Shown here in pieces: positions 1 through 9,424 of a stretch of DNA of 64,000 nucleotides. The notes beneath the pieces were generated by a model, which ran no database searches, had not been told where the DNA came from, and was given only the letters and a program-made list of their open reading frames with translations. A program made the translations under genes and the position numbers. Origin of the DNA: an uncultured bacterium (GTDB taxonomy: Bacteria > Zixibacteria > MSB-5A5 > UBA10806); the NCBI GenBank assembly GCA_965541585.1, contig CBEUCH010000004.1, positions 1 to 64,000 of the forward strand. Reading direction: 5' to 3'. Position 1 is the stretch's first letter; every line of letters begins with the position of its first letter.

Positions 1-223
1 CGCCGGTCAACCGCCGGTGGACGGCATATTTCCAATAGGCAGTATGAAGAACGTTCTCCCAGATGTTATGCCTTTTGGGCGACGGCCTCCAGAGCAGTTG
101 TTTTATGGAAAGTCCCCTGACCGAGCCGCGCAGGTTAGTGCCGTGCCAGGCTTGCTTATCGAAAGCCTGGTCGAGGAATTCGATAAGAAGGGCGATTCGG
201 GGATCAGTTTTCTTCTTTGCCAT
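1..223 (-). CDS. DinB-family protein (3' part runs off window)
   Basis: Not in the ORF track. Manual translation MAKKKTDPRIALLIEFLDQAFDKQAWHGTNLRGSVRGLSIKQLLWRPSPKRHNIWENVLHTAYWKY has the WHG / H-x-I-W-E-x-V-L-H pattern of DinB-like proteins. GAAAGGAAG RBS upstream. Confidence 0.75.
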   Translation of the reverse strand, partial: MAKKKTDPRIALLIEFLDQAFDKQAWHGTNLRGSVRGLSIKQLLWRPSPKRHNIWENVLHTAYWKYAVHRRLTG

Positions 224-234
224 CTAACTTCCTT

Positions 235-1605
235 TCATCTACCCGACAGCCCGTAACTCTTCAGCTTCTTGGAGAGGTTACCGCGATCCATCTTGAGTAT
301 TCTGGCGGCCTTTGTGATGTTGCTGTCAGCTTCGCGCAGGACCTCCTCCAGAAGTGTCTTCTCATACCGTGTGACATGTTCTCGCAGAGAGAGTGGTTTC
401 GCGACAGGCTCCGGCCTGGCGTAATCGCGTCCACCCTGGGCCCCGGCCAACGCTTCTCGTATGTCGGAATCGGATATAATATCGCCGTAGCTGAGGGCGG
501 CGGTTCGCTCTATAATATTCTTAAGTTCGCGGATATTTCCCGGCCAGTCGTAAGCTCTTAACGCGGTTATCGCGCCCGGGTCGAACCGCATACGGCCATA
601 ACCGAGATCATCGAGAAAGTGCCGGGCTAAGAGCGGGATATCATCGAGCCGCTCACGGAGAGGAGGCACGAATACCGGTATGACATTCAAACGAAAATAG
701 AGATCCTCGCGGAACCTCCCCTCCTGCGTCATTTTCTGCAGATCCTTATTCGATGCCGCTACTACCCGGATATCGACCTTGATCTCTTTAGACGATCCCA
801 CTCTTTGTATAGAGGATGACTCGATAACGCGGAGCAGCTTGGCCTGATGATCGGGCCGCAATTCGCCGACCTCATCGAGGAGGACGGTACCGCCATCGGC
901 CGATTCGAATCTGCCGATCTGACGGGCAACAGCTCCGGTGAAGGCTCCCCGTTCGTGGCCGAAAAGCTCCGATTCGAAAAGCTCTCCCGGTATGGCGGCG
1001 CAGTTGACCGCCACGAAGGGTGATGTAGCTCGCCGGGATGAATAATGCAGGAAGCGGGCGGCCAGCTCCTTACCGGTGCCCGGCTCTCCGAGGATATAGA
1101 CCCTGCTATCACTGCCGGCGATCCGCCCCAGCTTCTCACGTAAAGATTTTGTGGGTTCCGAATCACCAACGATTTCGTTATGCGAGAGTAATGATCGCCG
1201 GAGTCTGGCGACCTCCAGTTCCAGGGCTCTCTGCTTAATGGCGATTTTAGAGTCGAGCAAAAGCTGTCCCGGATCGGGGGGCTTTTCGATCACGTTAAAC
1301 GCACCCAGCCGGGTCGCCTCTATGGCCTTACCTATGGTCGCTTTGCCCGATACGATTATGACCGGCGCCGCGATTTTTTGCGATTTCAGCATCCTGAGAA
1401 GCTCAATCCCCTCTATGTCCGGCAACTCCAGATCGAGGATGATCAGGTCGTAATGATCGTCGGCCGCAAGCTCCAGGGCCGCATTACCGGTTCGCGCTCC
1501 AGTCGGGATATAGCCATTATCCTTATATAAGGAAGATAAGGAGTCTATTATTGCCTTGTCGTCATCGATTATCAGTATCTCTGATTTCTGCGCCACGATC
1601 TTCAA
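235..1605 (-). CDS. Sigma54-dependent response regulator (REC-AAA+-Fis HTH, NtrC/NtrX family)
   Basis: IIDDD/LDLELP receiver, GEPGTGKE Walker A, GAFTGA loop, WPGNIREL, C-terminal HTH. Confidence 0.95.
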   Translation of the reverse strand: MKIVAQKSEILIIDDDKAIIDSLSSLYKDNGYIPTGARTGNAALELAADDHYDLIILDLELPDIEGIELLRMLKSQKIAAPVIIVSGKATIGKAIEATRLGAFNVIEKPPDPGQLLLDSKIAIKQRALELEVARLRRSLLSHNEIVGDSEPTKSLREKLGRIAGSDSRVYILGEPGTGKELAARFLHYSSRRATSPFVAVNCAAIPGELFESELFGHERGAFTGAVARQIGRFESADGGTVLLDEVGELRPDHQAKLLRVIESSSIQRVGSSKEIKVDIRVVAASNKDLQKMTQEGRFREDLYFRLNVIPVFVPPLRERLDDIPLLARHFLDDLGYGRMRFDPGAITALRAYDWPGNIRELKNIIERTAALSYGDIISDSDIREALAGAQGGRDYARPEPVAKPLSLREHVTRYEKTLLEEVLREADSNITKAARILKMDRGNLSKKLKSYGLSGR

Positions 1606-1658
1606 TTAGGGGATATAGAGAGCAATGTCAATGGATATATGAGTGTTTTTTACACGAT

Positions 1659-2189
1659 TCAATATTTCTGGATATTCTCCAGCCATTGGACGATTCCACC
1701 ATAGGTTTTATCATATTCGCTTATTTTCAAGGTAATTAGCTTTATTCCAGGTGAGTCTTTCAGGTGATCGCAAAATGGGTGTGGTTTATACAGGATGGTG
1801 CCAAGAAAGGGAATATCTGTCCGGAATACCTTTAGAATCAAGTCTTTGAATCTTTGTGAAAAAAGTTCCATCTTCCCTATCTCATCGACAATCAGAAGCC
1901 TGTTTTCAGAAAGGGCTATCTCGATCTCAAATACGGCAACTCTATCTATGGATTCGATGTCGACTCCGTATTTGCCCACACGGTAGGGTGACTTGATATC
2001 GATATGCGACATTATCGCTTTATTACCACCAAAGGACTCTATCTCGAATCCGACCCGCTTTTTTCCGTGGCGGATCTCGTTTGTATAGAATCCACAAAAC
2101 GGTATCGAAAGTGAGCGAGCCACCTTCTTAATCAATGTCGTCTTGCCGCAGCCGGGCTGGCCGGTTATGAGGTGGCGCAGGTGAGGCAT
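1659..2189 (-). CDS. Nucleoside-triphosphatase, THEP1/NTPase_1 family
   Basis: ITGQPGCGKTT, GFYTNEIR, VGKYGVD, IVDEIGKME signature. Confidence 0.92.
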   Translation of the reverse strand: MPHLRHLITGQPGCGKTTLIKKVARSLSIPFCGFYTNEIRHGKKRVGFEIESFGGNKAIMSHIDIKSPYRVGKYGVDIESIDRVAVFEIEIALSENRLLIVDEIGKMELFSQRFKDLILKVFRTDIPFLGTILYKPHPFCDHLKDSPGIKLITLKISEYDKTYGGIVQWLENIQKY

Positions 2190-2285
2190 ATACAGGTTCT
2201 GAACCTATGGTAGATGAATCGAGGCACTGCTAAAGCGTGAAATTATCGCAAATTTCAGTTGGTATTTAATTTTCGTTGGAATCGA

Positions 2286-3137
2286 TTATTCCTCTTTAAT
2301 CACACCTTCAAATTCAAATATAGCCAGATGGCCGCTCGGGCCTCGTCTGAAAAACCTGAATAAGGCTCGATCGAAATTATAAAGGAGACATCCAATAATG
2401 TTCCCAAAGAAAGCCCAGCGAGTGACGAACGTTATCATTTCCCAAATCAAAATTCCTGTCCAGCGTATGAAACTGTTACTAAACCGGGCTGGAGGTAAAA
2501 GTGTGAAAAAAAGAGGTTTCAGATCGATAAGCCTGAATCCCGAATGCGAGAATTCGTTTTCGTATTGTGTCAACGACCTGTTGCGGCAGTGCTTGACCGA
2601 AGCAGTCGTTTTGGATCCAAAGATATCGGTAATGAATATCTTACACCCAGGTTTGCACAGTCGAGCCAAATTTTCGATCGCTTTTGCGAAACGGTTATCG
2701 TCGATGATATGGAATAAAACATCAAAAATGCTAATATAATCGAAATTTTGATCTAAATCAAGGTTGGGGTCCGCGATGTCTAAAAGGCGGAATTCGGCAT
2801 CCGGGTATGATTCCTTCATCTTCTTTATACTGACTTCGGCGATATCGATACCGATAACCGGATGTGCTTTTTGCCGCAGCCAGTATTCTATGTAGTATCC
2901 GGTACCACATCCAACGTCGAGAACGGCGCAAGATTCAATTGGCCAACCATTTTTCTCAAAAAGCCTGCTTAGGGCTTCAGTCCTGACCCTGTATACCCAG
3001 TGATTAAAAGCAACACTCTTACGTCGAAACCCGACTCCGGTTAGATCAAATCGCTCTTCTAAGCGATTCTCCCAATAATTCTTGGGTGAGAAATCCTGCC
3101 TGTTTTTCCCGGTCGAAGATGGATTCTTCCCTTTGAT
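2286..3137 (-). CDS. Class I SAM-dependent methyltransferase, probable non-canonical ATC start
   Basis: The frame stays open upstream of the track ATG (2819) and contains YWENR and the SAM motif VLDVGCGTG..IGIDI. There is no ATG/GTG/TTG, but AGGAGG (3144-3149) lies 6 nt before an in-frame ATC at 3137. Confidence 0.8.
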   Translation of the reverse strand: MKGKNPSSTGKNRQDFSPKNYWENRLEERFDLTGVGFRRKSVAFNHWVYRVRTEALSRLFEKNGWPIESCAVLDVGCGTGYYIEYWLRQKAHPVIGIDIAEVSIKKMKESYPDAEFRLLDIADPNLDLDQNFDYISIFDVLFHIIDDNRFAKAIENLARLCKPGCKIFITDIFGSKTTASVKHCRNRSLTQYENEFSHSGFRLIDLKPLFFTLLPPARFSNSFIRWTGILIWEMITFVTRWAFFGNIIGCLLYNFDRALFRFFRRGPSGHLAIFEFEGVIKEE

Positions 3138-3253
3138 CGTTTTCCTCCTGTTTTTATCGATCTTCCTGCCTCGATAATTTTCTAATGCTAATATATTCTC
3201 TCACCATAGGCAAGGCATCTTTGGATTATGCGCTCGAATATATCGTCAAATAC

Positions 3254-3280
3254 AAAAGCCCGCCTGCTCGAGGCGGGCTT
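3254..3280 (-). terminator. Rho-independent terminator
   Basis: AAGCCCGCCT-5nt-AGGCGGGCTT stem ending in a short T-run on the minus strand, just after the 3302-5899 gene. Confidence 0.75.
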
Positions 3281-3301
3281 GAATAGATATAATCGAAAGC
3301 G

Positions 3302-5899
3302 CTATTTCAATAATAGCATCTTCTTCGTATCGGCGAATTCATCTGCCTCGATCCTATAGAAATATATCCCTGACGGTTGATCGGCGGCATTCCACGCGAC
3401 CTGATGATAACCCGCTTCTTTGATTTGAGCGACAAGGATCTCGACACGCCGGCCGAGAAGGTCATAGACTTCTATGGTGACATGCGATTGTTCCGGAAGA
3501 TCAAATTCGATAACGGTCCGGGCATTGAAAGGATTGGGGTAGTTTTGACTCAGCCGATAGGATTCCGGCAATACGATATCATTGCCGTAATTGGAAGTCT
3601 GATGCAGCAGGATGTATCCATGGCGGGAGTCAACTATGAAATCGATTCCCTCTTTATCAACAACGTATGCCGCGGTAAACGAAACCATCATCGAATCCGG
3701 GGCCTCTTCTGATATCTCAAAGGCGATAGACACAACCTCTTCTCCATCTTCCAATGAGACTACATTGAATATGTCATCCCATACAAAGTGAATCTCGCCG
3801 TCGATACCGTTGGTGGTCGGATCGGCCATAACATCGGAGCCAAAGCCGACAAATCTCATCCCCTCCGACGGAAACTCAATATGCATCTCCAGACCTGCGA
3901 TATCGGTAAAACCAGCGACATTGATGGACATTTGAATTGTCTCCCCCGGCTGCCCGTAGCAGTCCATCAGATCGAGCACCGCCGTGTCGGTTACCAGGGG
4001 GGGCGGTATCCCCAGACGGCCCTGGGTCCAGGAATAGTCAACATCGCCCATCCGAATGCCGACAAAACTCGAATCGGTCAGGTCGGCATCCCACAACGTC
4101 ACGTCTATACACCTGGGCGCATCCGGCCAATTCTCATCCGTGATCACAAAGCTGGAATCTATAAATGTCCAGTTGCCGCCAGGGAGTTCCTCCAGCTCCG
4201 CCAGATACCGTCGCATCATGATTACATCCGCCACGCTGACACTGCCGCTTCCGTTTACATCTGCCGCTATCAGCTTATATGGAGTATCGAAAAGCTCAAG
4301 CGAGACAATATGCCGCCTGATAAGAACGATATCGGTAACGGTTACACCCGCATCGTCCTCGGATCTCGACGGGCAGATCGTAAACTCTCCGGGGAACAAA
4401 TCCTCGAAGCTGTAGGCGCCGATCTCATCGGTGATATCGGAGGCGCTGTAATCGCCCGTCAGTTCCACCGTGACATCGGGCACGGGAGTGGACAGATCGT
4501 AGTAGACAACGTTCCCGTTTATATCGTGAAATTCAACAACATTAACGCTTCCATCGACAAAGGTCAGACCCTCGACGACCTCACCGAGAGGATCGACCAG
4601 CTCGTTATTTTCCAGCCATGCAATGGGGCAGCTATCGCCAAGCTGGCCCAGCACGTTAAACTGCAAATTCAACATCGCCGCGCTGTCGGGTATCATGACC
4701 GGATTTAAGTAATCCTCCCACAGTATATGAATCTCCCCGTCGACAACGTTGACCAGCGCATCGGTAAGATAGTCGGATGAGAAATCGCTATATTCCAGGC
4801 AAGCCTCGTCATAATCTATATGCAATTCCACTCCCGCAATCTCCTGGCTTTCCAGCCCGTAGGCCATGACCGGCAGATCCACCGGCTGCCCGTTTTCACC
4901 GTAGGTGTCGGCGATGGAGAGACCGTATGTAGTTGTGCCCGCAAAGTAGTAGAACGCTCCCATATCCGCTATAGTACCATCAGGATCCAGCGGCGATGCC
5001 GGATCTCCCGCATCTATGCAGGGAGAGCTTGCCTGCAGGTGATAATCGAAAGGGTCACCGCCGACAAAAAGTGGATCGGCGTCGATATTCCCCTCCCCCG
5101 CATACCCTCCCAATATATCCGAATACGAAACTACCGGGTTACCCCAGGCCGAAATTTCGGGTCCGTTCGGGGCAGAATTACCGTAAAAAATACAATTTGT
5201 AACAGTAGGTGACGCATTGCCGGTTCTTAATCCTCCTCCCATAGCAGCCGCCTCATTGCCTGAAAAAGTGTTATTGATAATTAAGGGCGCGTTGTTGTTT
5301 ACATAGATACCGCCGCCCCATTCCTCGGCATAATTATTAATAATGAGATTGTTGCCGATAAGAGGATTGCCATATGAGGCTCTCAGTCCTCCACCGTATT
5401 CAGCCTGATTGTTTACCATCACATTATATTGTACTATGGCCGTACATTGTTCAAGACTGATCGCCCCCCCATACCATGTTCCTACGTTATCTCTGATTGT
5501 ATTATGAAGTATTGTAGGAGAAGTAAACCAGGCATTAATACCGCCGCCAAAAACTGAGATTCCATTCGTAATGGTAAAGCCGATGATTTTCGCTGAATTA
5601 TCCTCCCCGTCAGTAAGCGTAATTACAGCCCCCGATGAATTGCCGTCAAGTATCGTGGAAGATATGTAGGATGCGTCCCCTGTGGTCAGGAACAACGAGC
5701 CCAATACAATATTATGCCCATTGAAAACGACGTTTTCCACATACGTCCCCGGATGCACAAGTACCGTGTCTCCATTCATACTTGCATTAATACCAGCCTG
5801 AATCGTAGGATAGTCATCCGGGATGTTTATTATCGTCGCCCATGCGGTAATAAAGGTAATAGCAACGAATGCCGGCACAAAAACTAAAGTCCTTCTCAT
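3302..5899 (-). CDS. Secreted protein: beta-helix (pectin-lyase-like) + cohesin + Ig-like + dockerin-like + cohesin + T9SS-type/FlgD-like CTD
   Basis: Signal peptide; IPDDYPTIQAGI start and GG(A/G)I..N beta-helix repeats; SPCIDAGDP; two cohesin-like segments; DVNGSGSVSVADVIMMRRYL dockerin-like loop; QNYPNPFN...KKMLLLK. Confidence 0.8.
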   Translation of the reverse strand: MRRTLVFVPAFVAITFITAWATIINIPDDYPTIQAGINASMNGDTVLVHPGTYVENVVFNGHNIVLGSLFLTTGDASYISSTILDGNSSGAVITLTDGEDNSAKIIGFTITNGISVFGGGINAWFTSPTILHNTIRDNVGTWYGGAISLEQCTAIVQYNVMVNNQAEYGGGLRASYGNPLIGNNLIINNYAEEWGGGIYVNNNAPLIINNTFSGNEAAAMGGGLRTGNASPTVTNCIFYGNSAPNGPEISAWGNPVVSYSDILGGYAGEGNIDADPLFVGGDPFDYHLQASSPCIDAGDPASPLDPDGTIADMGAFYYFAGTTTYGLSIADTYGENGQPVDLPVMAYGLESQEIAGVELHIDYDEACLEYSDFSSDYLTDALVNVVDGEIHILWEDYLNPVMIPDSAAMLNLQFNVLGQLGDSCPIAWLENNELVDPLGEVVEGLTFVDGSVNVVEFHDINGNVVYYDLSTPVPDVTVELTGDYSASDITDEIGAYSFEDLFPGEFTICPSRSEDDAGVTVTDIVLIRRHIVSLELFDTPYKLIAADVNGSGSVSVADVIMMRRYLAELEELPGGNWTFIDSSFVITDENWPDAPRCIDVTLWDADLTDSSFVGIRMGDVDYSWTQGRLGIPPPLVTDTAVLDLMDCYGQPGETIQMSINVAGFTDIAGLEMHIEFPSEGMRFVGFGSDVMADPTTNGIDGEIHFVWDDIFNVVSLEDGEEVVSIAFEISEEAPDSMMVSFTAAYVVDKEGIDFIVDSRHGYILLHQTSNYGNDIVLPESYRLSQNYPNPFNARTVIEFDLPEQSHVTIEVYDLLGRRVEILVAQIKEAGYHQVAWNAADQPSGIYFYRIEADEFADTKKMLLLK

Positions 5900-6104
5900 A
5901 GTATCCTCCCTGAGAGGTATTTTCCCCGATGCCGTTCGCTGATGAAAACTACACCAATTTTTCTTTAATATATAATCGATGCTATGAAGGTGTCAAGGAT
6001 AATTTGTGCATCGCCAAGTAGAAGTAGCCAAGGCAATTGGATCGGAGAAGGCTTACTCAGAGCCTTTCCGTCAGCGAGAATACAGGACGAGCTCCCCTTA
6101 ATCT

Positions 6105-7541
6105 TTACTTTAGAAGCAGCATCCTCCTCGTAATGACATCATCTCCCGATGTCAGACGATAGAAGTAAGCTCCCGATGATATAGATTTATTATTGAGATT
6201 ATCCCCGTTCCAGACAAATAAATGTTCTCCTGCACCGAGTACCCTGTCTGCCAATTTATTCACCAGCCGACCCCGTATATCGAAAACCTCAAGCCTGGTT
6301 TTGGCTGTTTTTGGCAGGTAGATTCTTATTTTTGTCGATGAATTGAAAGGATTCGGATAAGCCTGAAACAGCTCTGCCTGGCGCGGCTTTGTCGGCTCAT
6401 CTCCTGTTCCTAATTCATTTAGAATATCCTCGAGCGCCTCGATGAAATCCACCATTTCCTCCATGAGCCCGGTGGAAACGCGAAGATGATGCTGCATGCC
6501 CCAGCCATTGCGAACATAGATGTTTCTCGACGCCAGCTGGGCAGTGACCGAGCCGGCATCACGGCCGACATCCACCATGAAGAAATTGGTCTCCGACGGA
6601 ATATATGAAAGACCCATACGGTCGAATTCCCCGAAACAGTATTCCTTGGTTTGATTCGCCAGATCGATGGTGTCTGTCATATGTTGTTGAGAATCCAACG
6701 ATGCCTTGGCAGCTTCCAGGGACGGCCGTGAGACGGTAGCATACAACTGAAAAGAACGCATCGCGCTTAAAGCCTCCTGGAGTCCAATGGCATAACCGAT
6801 GCGGGCTCCGGCCAGCCCAAAGACCTTGCTGAAAGTACGAACCACCACAACGTTTTTGCCGGACCGCACTAAATCTATGGCCGAAGGATAATCGTTAACG
6901 GTGATATAGTGGTAATAAGCTTCATCTATTATAGTCACTACCTCCTCCGGCAAATCGTCGACAAAATCGGATAATTCCGATGGATCGATGATAGTTGCCG
7001 TGGGATTGTTGGGATTGGTGATACAAACCGCGGAAGTGTCCGAATCAACGCTTTCCCTCATGGCCTGGAGGTTCACGCGATGATTGTCGTCGAGATCGAC
7101 ATACCTTGCAACGGCCCCGAAGAACTGGCAATCGGCCGGGAACTGGCCGTAGGACGGGTTGGGAACGACCACGTTGGAGCCGGGTTCGCTGAATGCCATG
7201 GCGCAGAGTCGAAGAATCTCCGTGCCTCCGGCGCCGCAGATGATTTTATCGGCCCCTATATCGAATCGTGATGCTAACTGCGCCGCCAGAGATTCTGCAA
7301 ACCAGTCCGGATAGCGGTGAGCCATCTCAGCTTCGCTCTGTATGGCCTGGATAGCCTCCGGGGATGGCCCCAATGGATTTTCATTAAAACAGAGGCGGCC
7401 CACATAATCGGTGATCATTCCCTGATCAGGCACACTGTCCGCTATCGCCTTTCGGTCGAGGCCCAACAGAGCCACTGCCGTGGCCCCGGTTATCGTCCCG
7501 ATAAACCCTCGCCGCGAGATCCCGTTAAAAATTTCATTCAT
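6105..7541 (-). CDS. Tat-exported HisC-like class I/II PLP aminotransferase fused to a T9SS-type/FlgD-like CTD
   Basis: SRRGFIG twin-arginine signal; NENPLGP, NPNNPT, DEAY, RTFSKVFGLAGARIGY (PLP Lys); QAYPNPFN...RRMLLLK. Start moved to ATG 7541 (GGGAGG RBS). Confidence 0.85.
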   Translation of the reverse strand: MNEIFNGISRRGFIGTITGATAVALLGLDRKAIADSVPDQGMITDYVGRLCFNENPLGPSPEAIQAIQSEAEMAHRYPDWFAESLAAQLASRFDIGADKIICGAGGTEILRLCAMAFSEPGSNVVVPNPSYGQFPADCQFFGAVARYVDLDDNHRVNLQAMRESVDSDTSAVCITNPNNPTATIIDPSELSDFVDDLPEEVVTIIDEAYYHYITVNDYPSAIDLVRSGKNVVVVRTFSKVFGLAGARIGYAIGLQEALSAMRSFQLYATVSRPSLEAAKASLDSQQHMTDTIDLANQTKEYCFGEFDRMGLSYIPSETNFFMVDVGRDAGSVTAQLASRNIYVRNGWGMQHHLRVSTGLMEEMVDFIEALEDILNELGTGDEPTKPRQAELFQAYPNPFNSSTKIRIYLPKTAKTRLEVFDIRGRLVNKLADRVLGAGEHLFVWNGDNLNNKSISSGAYFYRLTSGDDVITRRMLLLK

Positions 7542-7745
7542 ATCCGGCCTCCCCGGAATCGATCTCATGTTTTCCAAAAACAATGCGCCAGGCAAAGCAT
7601 ATCTCTGCTCATAGTGCATGGAGGTTTGCCCATCCAGGCGTTATGATCCGACCTCCAACGAGACATACCCCACCCCTGTAGAATAATACAGGTAGATGAA
7701 TTATATGTCAAGTGAAATTCACTTAACGATGATTCTAATTTCAAC

Positions 7746-7773
7746 TTGACAACAGTTAACGTTAGGATAAATT
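7746..7773 (+). promoter_or_regulatory. Sigma70-type promoter of tRNA
   Basis: TTGACA-N16-TAAATT ~45 nt upstream of the tRNA. Confidence 0.55.
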
Positions 7774-7816
7774 AGACCTTGCTTTCGAGGGTGTCTATCC
7801 GACAATGAGGATAGAT

Positions 7817-7890
7817 GGCGGCGTAGCTCAGCTGGTTAGAGCAGAGGAATCATAATCCTCGTGTCCGGGGTTCGAGTCCCTGCGCCGCTA
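7817..7890 (+). tRNA. tRNA-Met (CAT, elongator type; CCA not encoded)
   Basis: Cloverleaf: GGCGGCG/CGCCGCT acceptor stem, TAGCTCAGCTGGTTAGAGC D arm, GAGGA-ATCATAA-TCCTC anticodon arm, GGTTCGAGTCC T arm. Confidence 0.93.
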
Positions 7891-7936
7891 CTTGTGTTCA
7901 AGTAGTTACAGGGATTTATAGAAGACACACTAATAC

Positions 7937-8025
7937 CCGCGTCAACATTAGGATATATGAAAAGGTCGCTCGTGGAGTGTGTTGACAATAAGTTTCCTTG
8001 CCCGATTTATGGGAGGGCCAGGTCA
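7937..8025 (+). repeat. Dispersed repeat type A, copy 1 (IS3-like end fragment)
   Basis: CCGCGTCAACA..ATGAAAAGG..GCTCG..GGAGTGTGTTGACAATAAGTTTCCTTG.CCGATTT..CAGGTCA; similar to 18546 and 20884. Confidence 0.85.
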
Positions 8026-8097
8026 AGGTTGCATCAATTATGGGAGAAAATCTTTCTTTACCATCGTTGAATCATCCTTGGGATTCTCAGCTGATAC

Positions 8098-9381
8098 TTA
8101 GAAATCAAAACGAACCGATAAATAGACATTATCATTCTTGTCAAATTGCGCCAAGAAGGTTGTATTCTTCTCTCCACCAAAGATATTTGCGCCCAATGCA
8201 ACGTTGAAATTGTCAGAAAGCTTGTAAGACGTTTGTGGCTGGATTAAGTAGTCGTTATCCGTTTGCTCATAGAAAGTGAACAGGGATAGCCTCCATGTCT
8301 GATGTTTTAGCAATTGCTCCAGGCGCAAGGTAACAGTGTCACGATACTCTTTCTGGGCTGGAAATCCCGCTGGAAGAAACCTATTATAAACGGTGTAATT
8401 GCCCATGATTTCCCCGTAGTATTGGATGCCGACAGTGAAATCTTCCCAAAACTGTCGTTGATATCCCAATAGAAAGCGCACCTGCGAGTTTGGTATAGTG
8501 GGATCGATGCCATTTTCATCTTCGCTGGAAGAATAATATCCAGTTTCAAAACTCAGAATGCCCCTCAATGCGTTCCCCTGGGCGCTCAATCCATAGACAG
8601 CTAGTTCGGGATAGAAGGAGATCGCTGTGGCGGGAGCACCGAAGTCATCCGGCCTCATGCTCGGCGTTCCCCAGAAACCATTGTAAGCATAGATTGAGAT
8701 ATCGAAGTTCATAATCTTACGGTATAAGCGCCAGGCAAGTTCTGTATTATTATATGTGGCCTCAGGTTTCGTTTCCTCGCGGGACTGAACATCCTCGAAG
8801 GGATCGTAAATAAAGAAATTTCGGGAGCTGGGGACGATGTCCGGCTGGAAGAAAGGAATAATCAACAATTCCGTATTAACTGCCCTTGAGGAAAACCGAA
8901 CACGAAACCCGTCTGCCCCTATCTTGAGATACTCAAGAGGCCTACCCGAGAAGAACGACATCCAGTCTTTTGGGAAAACATCGTTAATGAAAAGCAGGTC
9001 GCCGACGCCCCAAGTTGCGATCTGGCGCCCGAGACGAAAATCAAAAGCACCCTCGGTGTAGTCAACATAAGCTTCACGCAGATCGATTTCGAATTCTCCG
9101 GTGATAGCGTCATGAAAGAAATCACCCTTGATCCGCGCTGAAGCTTCGATGTACTCTGACCAGGCGTAGATATCCAGCCGAAGCCGCTCTTCGGCGAGAA
9201 GGAAATCACTCCCTCCATTGCCGTCAGGCCGCAGACCAGTAGTCCGACCGGAGAAGTTTCCCAATAGAAACCCGTTGATTGCGACGTTCTTTTCGGCCCC
9301 GGCCGAGGCGACAGCTACAGATAATATCAAAGTAGTCAGAGCAAGCAATTCCACCCCTCTACTATTGATTGTCATCCTCAT
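8098..9381 (-). CDS. Outer-membrane beta-barrel protein (DUF1302-like)
   Basis: Signal peptide, LREAYVD..RLGRQIATWG motif, alternating beta strands, C-terminal VRFDF; last gene of the MMPL operon. Confidence 0.7.
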   Translation of the reverse strand: MRMTINSRGVELLALTTLILSVAVASAGAEKNVAINGFLLGNFSGRTTGLRPDGNGGSDFLLAEERLRLDIYAWSEYIEASARIKGDFFHDAITGEFEIDLREAYVDYTEGAFDFRLGRQIATWGVGDLLFINDVFPKDWMSFFSGRPLEYLKIGADGFRVRFSSRAVNTELLIIPFFQPDIVPSSRNFFIYDPFEDVQSREETKPEATYNNTELAWRLYRKIMNFDISIYAYNGFWGTPSMRPDDFGAPATAISFYPELAVYGLSAQGNALRGILSFETGYYSSSEDENGIDPTIPNSQVRFLLGYQRQFWEDFTVGIQYYGEIMGNYTVYNRFLPAGFPAQKEYRDTVTLRLEQLLKHQTWRLSLFTFYEQTDNDYLIQPQTSYKLSDNFNVALGANIFGGEKNTTFLAQFDKNDNVYLSVRFDF

Positions 9382-9424
9382 CTATCTCGGAGCCATGATT
9401 TCATTAACTTAAATTGCCTGAAAC

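Noticed and set aside
17..256. 79-aa plus-strand ORF
   Set aside because: It is antisense to the DinB-like frame, which has an RBS and family motifs.
3377..5212. Long plus-strand ORFs (e.g. 3788-4708, 306 aa) and similar antisense ORFs throughout the window
   Set aside because: They are shadows of well-supported opposite-strand genes and show no motifs.
7817..7890. tRNA as initiator Met or Ile2
   Set aside because: It lacks the C1:A72 mismatch and the GGG/CCC anticodon stem of fMet, and has G4:C69 rather than the C4:G69 typical of Ile tRNAs.
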